Below the pieces are notes generated by a model, which searched no databases, was not told the origin of the DNA, and was given only the letters and a program-made list of their open reading frames with translations. A DNA stretch of 60,978 nt, counting the filler. It is 7 parts of 7 records of this genome, joined end to end, with 100 filler letters (N's around TTAATTAATTAA, not from the genome) between each part and the next. Parts side by side here need not be neighbours in the genome. Positions count along the whole stretch, not along the records: positions 42,412 to 55,481 come from SRR31147125_52296; positions 55,582 to 60,978 come from SRR31147125_52297; 5 more parts are not named here. One strand, given 5' to 3'. Positions within the stretch are counted from its first letter, which is position 1; every line of letters begins with the position of its first letter. Shown here in pieces: positions 52,848-60,978 of this stretch. The position numbers were made by a program, and so were the translations under genes.

Positions 52848-53441
52848 ATGAAAAAGAAAACATTATTAATTGATTATGAAAATATTCAGCAGATAGATCT
52901 ATCCGCAGTCGCTGATATGGATATCCAGATTAAGTTGTTCATTGGGAAATCCCAGAATAAAATTCCTTTTACCCTGGTTTCTGAGGCTCAGCGTTTGGGA
53001 TCTAATATTGAATGGATAAAAATTGATGGAAACGGCAGCAATGCCTTGGATTTTCACATCGCCTACTATCTGGGGTTTTTGACAAGGATTGATCAGAAAA
53101 GTGAGTATATCATCCTTTCAAAGGACAAAGGCTTTGACCCCATCGTGCGGTACGTATCCAAAAAGAATATTGCCTGCAAGCGTATTAACAGCATCGTAGA
53201 AATCCTTGAAAACCAGAAAAAGCCATCCATCAATACAGCCCATATAAACAAGGTTTTGGAGAATTTGAAAAAGATCGATCGTGCCAAACGTCCCCGCAAA
53301 CGCGGAACACTGCATAAGCACGTTGTATCCCTCGGCAAGGGAACCATGACCGAAAAAGAGGTTACGGAGATCATTGATGAACTGTTTATAACGGGTCTGA
53401 TCAGTGAAGAGAACAATCGCCTGAAATACGACATTACATAA
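52848..53441 (+). CDS. PIN-domain protein
   Basis: LIDYENIQ, NALDFHIAYYLG and SKDKGFD. Confidence 0.88.
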   Translation: MKKKTLLIDYENIQQIDLSAVADMDIQIKLFIGKSQNKIPFTLVSEAQRLGSNIEWIKIDGNGSNALDFHIAYYLGFLTRIDQKSEYIILSKDKGFDPIVRYVSKKNIACKRINSIVEILENQKKPSINTAHINKVLENLKKIDRAKRPRKRGTLHKHVVSLGKGTMTEKEVTEIIDELFITGLISEENNRLKYDIT

Positions 53442-53454
53442 ACGGTAGTACATT

Positions 53455-54341
53455 ATGGATTATATTGAAGCAATTCATCAGCGTACATCAAAGCGTAATT
53501 TTTCAAGAAAAAGCTCTCTCCACTCGATCGAAAGGGTTTATCGGCCTATATGGGGATATCTTCGGACAATCCGTTCAATATTCCGGTCACGTTCACTCTC
53601 ATGGACAGAACCCCGGGTAATAATGAAAGATTGGGAACCTATGGTATTATCCGCGGGGCTCGATCATTTATTGCAGGGGTGGTTGAATCCGATGGGGATG
53701 ACTATGCCATGGAAGCCTACGGGTACGAATTTGAGCGGGTAATTCTCACGGCGCAGTTTATGGGTCTTGGAACTTGTTGGCTTGGGGGTACTTTCACCAG
53801 AAGCAGTTTTACGCAGACTCTGAAACTCAAGAAGGGAGAAATAATTCCCTGTGTTTCGCCCGTTGGGTATACCCTGCAGAGAAGAACAGTTCTTGAACAC
53901 CTCATGCGTACCGGTGCCCGCTCATCAAAAAGAAAATCGTGGAGTGAGCTGTTTTTCAATGACAGTTTCGACCACCCGATGGAGATGAACCAGGCCGGTA
54001 TCTTCAATGAAATCCTGGCATGCGTCAGAATTGCCCCGTCGGCTTCCAATAAACAACCTTGGAGAATTGTGGCAGAAGCTGGAGAATTGGAAAAACCTTA
54101 CGCCTTTCATTTTTATCGCTACAGTCCTTCCGGATATGTCGGCAATAAACTGGGTTTTATAATCCAGAGAATTGATATGGGTATCGCCATGTATCACTTT
54201 GATGCCGCTGCAGGACAACTTGGGATCAAGGGATCATGGAAAATAGCCGATCCCGGTATTTTCACACCCCTGATGGCTAATGGTGAAATCAATTACGTAG
54301 CTTCCTGGTACGCACATTCAGACAGGACTGAAGGCAGCTGA
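53455..54341 (+). CDS. Nitroreductase-family protein; frameshift near 53510-53550
   Basis: IHQRTSKRNF in the first frame; LGTCWLGG, APSASNKQPW and IDMGIAMYH in the second. Confidence 0.88.
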
Positions 54342-54345
54342 AGAA

Positions 54346-55481
54346 ATGAATAAAATCGCGATTATCGGAGCCGGACCGGCTGGATTGGCCGCGGCCTGTT
54401 TCGCGGGAGAGTACTCTGTTAAAAACAACCTGCCGGTTCAAACTGTTATATATGAAAAAAAGAAATCTGCAGGCAGTAAACTGCTTATATCGGGTTCAGG
54501 ACAATGCAATGTAACCAATATCTCTCCTGACTCCGATACTGGCCGGGAATCGTTCAATAATTTTTTATCCCACTACGGCAATGTAAACCAACAGCGATTC
54601 TTACGTAACGCCTATTATGCCTTCTCGAATCGCGACACCATGAATTGGTTTGAATCCGGTGGAACACCTATGACTATCCGTTCCGATGGGAAAGTGTTTC
54701 CAGCCTCTTTCTCAGCCGCTGATATACAACAACACATGCTTTCGGTCTGTGAAGATGTACATATACGCATAATTTGTCATTATACTGTTTCAGAAATCAG
54801 CAAATCTTCTGATTCCGGCCTCTTTACACTGACATTTTCTGACAAGTCACAATTGGATGGTTTCTCGGGGATCATTGTAACAACGGGCGGGAGATCCTAC
54901 CCGAATACGGGTTCGGAGGGTGATGGATATCGCATAGCCGATCAACTGGGTCATACAGTAATCAATCCGGAACCTGCATTGAGCGGTGTCACAATTTCCG
55001 ACCACGCCTTGTCCAGTCTTGCGGGGATCTCAGTTATATCGGCAAACATGCGGCTCTGGCGAGGCAATAAAAAGATTCTCGAACGTGATGGAGATGTTCT
55101 GATCACTCATACCGGATTTTCCGGGCCGGTAATTATCAATAATTCCAGACTTATGCGCAAAGGTGATGAGCTCTCATTCTCATTTTTACAGGACAACTTC
55201 CGAAATATGGACGATGTAAAACTCAGAGAGTTCATACGATCCGGAGGAAATCGTTCTATCGGTACAGTTATCAGGTCTCTTGTTGAACCCCGCAGACTTG
55301 CCGACACCCTGCTAGCGTTAACACATATCCCTCAAGAGAAGAAATGCTCTGATATTGAGAAAAAGAGCCTTTATAGACTGGTCGAACTGCTGACATCCTG
55401 GAGACAACAGATTGCATCCGCGGGGAAGTTCAGTACCGCTATGGTTACTGCAGGGGGTATATCGCTGAAAGAGGTCTCCCC
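54346..55481 (+). CDS. HI0933/BaiN-like flavoprotein; 3'-partial
   Basis: GAGPAG, KLLISGSGQCNVTN, TGGRSYP, THTGFSGP and VTAGG. Confidence 0.92.
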
Positions 55482-55581
55482 NNNNNNNNNNNNNNNNNNN
55501 NNNNNNNNNNNNNNNNNNNNNNNNNTTAATTAATTAANNNNNNNNNNNNNNNNNNNNNNNNNNNNNNNNNNNNNNNNNNNN
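55482..55581. other. Artificial contig linker
   Basis: N run containing TTAATTAATTAA. Confidence 0.98.
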
Positions 55582-56220
55582 GATTGTATTCGTCGCCGCT
55601 AAATCTTTTCCCTGAAATCCTCTCACCCGGGCTGCGGCGATTTGGCATCCCAGATACGTATCCTCGCCTGCTCCTTCGACGATCCGGCCCCATCGTGGAT
55701 CACGGGCAATATCCACCATGGGAGCGAACGTCCAATGGATCCCGGTTGCAGCAGCTTCTATCGCTGCAATGCGAGCTGATTTTTCGATCGCCTCCAGGTC
55801 CCAACTGGCCGCTTCAGCTAATGGAACAGGAAAGATCGTTTTGTAACCATGTATCACGTCCAGGCCGAAAATGAGCGGGATACCCAATCGACTCTTTTCA
55901 ACAGCCACTTTTTGTAAGGCTCTGGTCTCTTTGGCGCCCGCAACATTTAAAAACGATCCGACGCGTCCCTTTATCACATCTTTATATTTGGGATCTGTCT
56001 CTTTTTTACTCCGATCCGGTCCGGTCTGAGCCCAGGCACCACTGTACTGATTGAGTTGTCCGATCTTTTCTTCCAACGTCATCTTTTGTAACAAAAAATT
56101 TACCCGATTCTCAATATCTACTGAAGACAACTTTTTTACTGGTGCTTCCATATTCATCTGACCTTTTGCGCTTACCGAAAAAAGAATCAAAAACAACCAC
56201 TGTACGATAATCTTATTCAT
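55582..56220 (-). CDS. GH3 beta-glucosidase (BglX-like); 3'-partial
   Basis: Signal peptide; MTLEEKIGQL, DVIHG and RDPRWGR..EGAGED. Confidence 0.93.
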
Positions 56221-56273
56221 TTACACACAACCATATTAAAATAGTGCTCCCAGTTATCAACCAGTCCACCGGA

Positions 56274-57272
56274 CTATATTATGCGGTCATCATTAGGATA
56301 CCTCAATCCCCAGGGCTCACGAATCGCATCCATAGTCCGCATAATATGCAGTGATTCCCCCAAAGGCATACGCGGACTTTCCAGTAATCCTTCCTGCATA
56401 CAGCGCATGACCTCTGCGGCTTCGTAATTCAGACCATTGCCTTCGATGGGGATTTCTACTGTAACATCGTCCTGCCCTTTCACACTTAATGTCGCCCGGC
56501 TGGGCACGGCAAATTGTGGATGCACTTTGATACGACCTTCCGTGCCAACGATATAAGCCTCATTTTCAGTGGCGGTGCGTAGGGCAAAACTGAGAAGACC
56601 TAAAGCACCGTTCTCATATTCAAGCAGGGCGGCTCCCTGCTCATCCGAACCGATCTCACCAATATGTCCAAATCCAACGGCTTTTTGTGGGGCTTGTCTA
56701 TAAATCATGGAAGAAAAAGAAATAACATACACGCCCACATCCAGCAAACTACCGCCACCAAGCGCCGGATTCAAATGACGACCCTCAGCACTGAATTCTC
56801 CACGCGAACAACGGCTGGCTTTGACCATACGCACCTCGCCAATCCTGCCTTCATCAATCCATGATTGTACAGCCAGACTCACAGGCATATGGCGGGTCAT
56901 CATCGCTTCCATTAAAAATACTTTTTCTTCTCTGGCCACTGCAATCATCTTTTCCGCTTCCTTGGCATTTATGGAAAAAGCCTTTTCACACAACACGGCC
57001 TTGCCAGCCCTCATACAAAGGATGCTGTTATCCATATGAAAAGCATGGGGTGTGGCCACATAAACAACATCCACCTCCGGATCCTGTGCCAGCTCTTCAT
57101 AAGAACCATACCGCCGCATCACATCATATTTATCACCAAAATCATCAGCAGTAGCCTGACTTCGTGATCCAACCGCCACTAAATTGGCATCTGGTAATAG
57201 TTTTAAAGCCTCTGCAAACTTTTGTGCAATATGTCCTGTACTAATTATTCCCCAATTGATTTTTTGACTCAT
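56274..57272 (-). CDS. Gfo/Idh/MocA oxidoreductase
   Basis: WGIISTGHIA, YVATPH, VLCEKA and GGSLLDVGVY. Confidence 0.93.
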   Translation of the reverse strand: MSQKINWGIISTGHIAQKFAEALKLLPDANLVAVGSRSQATADDFGDKYDVMRRYGSYEELAQDPEVDVVYVATPHAFHMDNSILCMRAGKAVLCEKAFSINAKEAEKMIAVAREEKVFLMEAMMTRHMPVSLAVQSWIDEGRIGEVRMVKASRCSRGEFSAEGRHLNPALGGGSLLDVGVYVISFSSMIYRQAPQKAVGFGHIGEIGSDEQGAALLEYENGALGLLSFALRTATENEAYIVGTEGRIKVHPQFAVPSRATLSVKGQDDVTVEIPIEGNGLNYEAAEVMRCMQEGLLESPRMPLGESLHIMRTMDAIREPWGLRYPNDDRII

Positions 57273-57349
57273 TCTTTTCCCTTTTCAGTCTGGTTTTCAG
57301 CTGTCCTGTTTATATGCGAAATATTTTTTCATCTTTGCTAATCAGGCAA

Positions 57350-58750
57350 TTAATCAGAATCCCCTGCTTTCACCCACGCTTCATTTATCCGTGCGTATTT
57401 TATAGTCTCATTTGGCTCACCCCTGGATTTGTCCTTAAAATGATAACTATAAATAACGTGAATCGTACCGTCCTTTCCTTCAATTATGGATGGATAGGAG
57501 CCTTGCACTTGTACTCCGTCTTTTCGATTTTCTATCTCCAAATGACGGGTATAATCCCAGCTTTCACCTTCATTCGTTGATATAGATACAGCCAGATTAC
57601 GTCGTCCATTACCAATCTTTCCGTCATTATATGCCAGCACCCAATGACCATTACTCAGCGTCACAACATCAGCCCCGGAACCGGGATTTGGTAATTCAGA
57701 ATCACGAACACCACTCCACGTTACACCATTATCTGCTGATTCACTAACATGTAATCTTTTTGGCGGCGGACCGTTATCACGCATATAAGCGACAAGAATC
57801 CCGTCTGTTTTTTCGGCGATACTGGCCTGAATACATCCCGGTGCCACCAGCGGTTCACTAAATTTCCAGTGCTGACCACCATCGTCGGTAATGGCCATGA
57901 GTGAAAAACCAAATCCATCCGAGTAAAACGGAATAACAATTCGATTATTATCCAGCAAAACCGCCTTGTTTTTGCTTTGCCACCCCATGCGTTGAAAATA
58001 GGGGTAACCCATTTGCCCATTGATCCTTTGCCCTTGCTCATTTATATAATAGCCCTTACGCTTCATGTCCTCACCGCGTGCTTTACCCAGAGCATTCTGA
58101 CTCCACTTTTGCCAGCGCTCTTGCAGCTCCGATGGCAGTTCCCTGTTTGGGAAAGATTCTGTCAGGTATTGTCCATATTCCTTCAACTTTCTATCAACAG
58201 ATTTCACAAAACGATCATGTGGTAATATTCCCCTTTCTGACGGATCACCTGGCTTAAAAAGGATGTCGTCCTGCCAGTTCCATTCCGGCGCACCTTCTGA
58301 TTGTTGATAGCTATCACTAATCCGGTATTTGGGAAGAGATGTCTCCCATTGATTGGCTATCACCGTATACCAAACCAGCCATAATTTTTTTTCATGATCT
58401 ATAAAAAGAACCGGATTAATATCCGGGAAATCCGGAACATCGGCCATTACAAATGGCTCGCTCCATGTATCTTCACCCTTGTGCAAACGGGCTCCTTTTA
58501 TGGCCACATCATCTGCCCACCGTTCTCCCGAACCCTGAAACCAGGCTGCCAAAAGATCACCATTTTCCAATTCAACAATTGTTGAACCATGCGCATGCTC
58601 TGAAACCAAAGGAAAAATCTCCATGGATCGGTGAAAATTTTCACCGGCACGGACAGAATCTAACGGGTAGCCTATAATTATAAATGTCAATACACCTAAG
58701 AACAAAAATAGTATATTTCTAAATTTTTCTCTTGTGTTGAAATCACTCAT
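57350..58750 (-). CDS. Sialidase-like BNR/Asp-box protein
   Basis: HGSTIVEL..GDLLAAWF; Asp boxes TDDGGQHW, SADNGVTW and STNEGESW; SYPSII. Confidence 0.88.
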   Translation of the reverse strand: MSDFNTREKFRNILFLFLGVLTFIIIGYPLDSVRAGENFHRSMEIFPLVSEHAHGSTIVELENGDLLAAWFQGSGERWADDVAIKGARLHKGEDTWSEPFVMADVPDFPDINPVLFIDHEKKLWLVWYTVIANQWETSLPKYRISDSYQQSEGAPEWNWQDDILFKPGDPSERGILPHDRFVKSVDRKLKEYGQYLTESFPNRELPSELQERWQKWSQNALGKARGEDMKRKGYYINEQGQRINGQMGYPYFQRMGWQSKNKAVLLDNNRIVIPFYSDGFGFSLMAITDDGGQHWKFSEPLVAPGCIQASIAEKTDGILVAYMRDNGPPPKRLHVSESADNGVTWSGVRDSELPNPGSGADVVTLSNGHWVLAYNDGKIGNGRRNLAVSISTNEGESWDYTRHLEIENRKDGVQVQGSYPSIIEGKDGTIHVIYSYHFKDKSRGEPNETIKYARINEAWVKAGDSD

Positions 58751-59010
58751 TATCTAATCCTTAATTATTAATCCACTGTTCATCTACAAAATTCCACACT
58801 TTATAAGTACGATAATTCATATATAAATTGGGAATTAAAGTATAAATAACATAAAATAAATCCAAGTAAAATAAAGACAAAACATCATTTTGGAAAATGT
58901 CTCTCGAAACAAAAAGCCATTGTTTTCTAAGTAAAAACTTGTTTATTTACTATTAGGAAAATTTTCCGGAAGGAAAAATCATTTATCTGAAAAAGGAATG
59001 AAGGACAGTC

Positions 59011-60006
59011 ATGAAAAATCATTGGTTACCAACGCTGATAATCCTGGTCATTGTATTTTCCGCATTCTCGCAAACGAAAATCAAAAAAACAACTACTGAC
59101 AAATTTGAGATTATCTTACCGGATAACAACCAGCAATCCATTCGCATTTTGCAGCTTACTGACCTTCATCTCGGCAACAAACGCGCCTGGAAAGCGGATA
59201 TGCTCACCTTTCGGAGAGTGGAATGGTTAATTGAACAAACAAATCCGGATATCATTGCCATAACCGGTGATTTGTTTACCGGTCAAAAACCGGATGGCCA
59301 CGTGCTTGCTATGATGGTGGTTAACTTTTTAGATCACTACAAGATACCCTATTTTTATACCATAGGGAATCATGATCCTGAGGGGAATATTGGTCGTGAA
59401 CCTTTTCGGCAGGTTTTTGATGTCTCAAAAAACGGCCTTTTGGGATTTCACATGAATCGTGACAGCAGTGTTAAACATGATTACAAAATGACCGTTAAAA
59501 TCGGTGAATCACCTGTCTGGAATTTATTTGCCTTTGATTCCGGTTCGGAAAAAGGATTCAAGTCCATTAAAACGGATCAACTTGAATGGTTCAGAAAAAT
59601 ATCATCAGAGGACGACAAAAAATATGAAACAGAATTACCGGCTACCGCTTTTTTTCATATCCCTTTAAAACAATATAAGGACTTGTGGTATGATGATTCC
59701 ATACCTAAAAATGGCATTCTCCATGAAAAAGTGTGTTATGAAGAAGACGACGGCAGCGTGTATGATTATTTTTTAAAACATGGTCATATTCGCGCCTGTT
59801 TTTGCGGGCATGATCATGATAACAATTATTACGGTATTTACAAAGGTGGCATATTACTCGCTTATGGGCATGTCACCGGTGAATCGGGTTATCATCGTCA
59901 CTGGCCTCCTGGGGGTACTCTGATAACCCTGCCACTTAATGGCAGAGAAATTCAAATCAACGAGTTCATTCCGGATATAGATATCAGTGTGTTTGAAGAT
60001 AAATAG
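59011..60006 (+). CDS. Exported calcineurin-like metallophosphoesterase (Dcr2-like)
   Basis: DLH, TGD, GNHD, FFHIP and GHDHDN motifs. Confidence 0.92.
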   Translation: MKNHWLPTLIILVIVFSAFSQTKIKKTTTDKFEIILPDNNQQSIRILQLTDLHLGNKRAWKADMLTFRRVEWLIEQTNPDIIAITGDLFTGQKPDGHVLAMMVVNFLDHYKIPYFYTIGNHDPEGNIGREPFRQVFDVSKNGLLGFHMNRDSSVKHDYKMTVKIGESPVWNLFAFDSGSEKGFKSIKTDQLEWFRKISSEDDKKYETELPATAFFHIPLKQYKDLWYDDSIPKNGILHEKVCYEEDDGSVYDYFLKHGHIRACFCGHDHDNNYYGIYKGGILLAYGHVTGESGYHRHWPPGGTLITLPLNGREIQINEFIPDIDISVFEDK

Positions 60007-60032
60007 GATTTTCTTGCTTTTTAAATGAATAA

Positions 60033-60596
60033 CTATATTAATCCGTTATAGTACTCGTACAAAATCACCCGATAAGCCGGTTTATAGGACCTCCGGTAAA
60101 TAGCTGAATGATGTGCCGCAGGATAACCTTTTTCCGCCATGTTGTCAAAAAAGTGCAACAAATCCGTTTTCGCGAACAAAAAGTCTTTTTTGTTAGCCAT
60201 GTGCACGGCATAAGCCCATATTCTTTTCAGATCTTCAATATTTCCTTTATAATAATTCGCTGTCCGAATAAAGACCGCTAAAAGTTTCTCCGGATCTCCT
60301 TTTTCTGCGATATAGGGCCGTAAATGAATGCGCACAATACACTTATCTGCCGATATGGGATCAACAACCGGTTCCTCAGGTCCCTCGCCAAGATTTGCCA
60401 CCTCTTTTATCATCCAGGCACGAACCGCCTCTAAATCCGCAACAGCATGCCCGCTACCCATCACAGATTGGTATATTAATTTATACAGATCCTGTATTTC
60501 CATTTTGGGATAGCGCCTTATGTGCTCTTTAACAATCCTGCGAAAGACTTTTTCTTTTTCTGAAAAGGTGTTATTACTGAAAATTTGTTTCGACAT
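60033..60596 (-). CDS. Hypothetical protein
   Basis: QDLYKLIYQ...GHA and HHS..YR..Y.PAYRV look like conserved motifs. Confidence 0.75.
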   Translation of the reverse strand: MSKQIFSNNTFSEKEKVFRRIVKEHIRRYPKMEIQDLYKLIYQSVMGSGHAVADLEAVRAWMIKEVANLGEGPEEPVVDPISADKCIVRIHLRPYIAEKGDPEKLLAVFIRTANYYKGNIEDLKRIWAYAVHMANKKDFLFAKTDLLHFFDNMAEKGYPAAHHSAIYRRSYKPAYRVILYEYYNGLI

Positions 60597-60740
60597 TATT
60601 ATCTCATATTTGAATTAAACGTAAAATAAATCAAATCATGAATTGCCAACTGTGCATAAATAAAAGTAAAAACAATTCCCATTAAAATGAATAACATTTT
60701 TTTCTCGCAAGTAATATAAAATATTTGGAATTAAACTCGC

Positions 60741-60790
60741 TCGCAGGGGATTTATTCTCACATGACTTTTTCCCAGGTAATCCCCTGCGA
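60741..60790. repeat. 12-bp perfect inverted repeat, REP/MITE-like
   Basis: TCGCAGGGGATT...AATCCCCTGCGA; a related arm lies at 60943-60956. Confidence 0.5.
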
Positions 60791-60978
60791 AAACGATAAA
60801 TCAGGAATTGAATTCCTTTTCATACTCATTTAAAGAGCTAAAAATGGAGTGATATAAAATAATCAGATAGGAGCCTTTTTAACCTGGATTAATGTCTGGA
60901 CAACAAGGAACTCAGTGAGGGATGCAATCCCTTTTTCATTAGTTTCGCAAGGGATTCTATGAAAAAAATAGCAGGGGG

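Noticed and set aside
1-60978. CRISPR arrays, tRNA/rRNA genes, transposases, prophage
   Set aside because: No regularly spaced repeats, cloverleaf or rRNA-like segments, or mobile-element ORFs were recognised.

Overview
This window is not one locus. It joins seven unrelated contigs with 100-nt N linkers that each carry TTAATTAATTAA, so gene context holds only within a contig; taxonomic labels below are impressions. (1) 1-8881, KSB1/Calditrichaeota-like: an exported LVIVD/Ig/redoxin protein that appears to be a selenoprotein (in-frame UGA in WUPVC plus a SECIS-like hairpin), a YyaL/SPATA20 protein, a small exported Cys/His protein, a surface protein and a partial RND permease. (2) 8982-14443: an adenosine-deaminase-family lipoprotein, a TPR protein and a GT-C-like membrane protein. 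(3) 14544-20635, Desulfuromonadales-like: an acetylene-hydratase-like molybdopterin enzyme, DUF2064, ferredoxin-DUF169, an unannotated sigma-54-preceded 46-aa 'MCFRP' Cys protein, moaA, a flavin reductase and an MBL hydrolase. (4) 20736-34758, Desulfobacteraceae-like: rnfG'EAB, rfbD, TetR, recJ, miaB, map, plsC, rarD and an ArsA-like ATPase. (5) 34859-42311, Clostridia: T-box-metG, tatD, a radical SAM gene, a degenerate NlpC/P60 fusion, SIMPL, and an anti-sigma/ECF pair. (6) 42412-55481, spirochaete-like: a gnd/LarA-family/HAD and DeoR/PPi-PFK/SDR sugar-acid cluster, sigma-54 pspAC and other genes. (7) 55582-60978: GH3, Gfo/Idh/MocA, a sialidase-like protein and a metallophosphoesterase. Many genes are split by single-base indels, mostly in homopolymer runs, most likely sequencing error. 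All family calls come from motif recognition by eye; no database searches were run.
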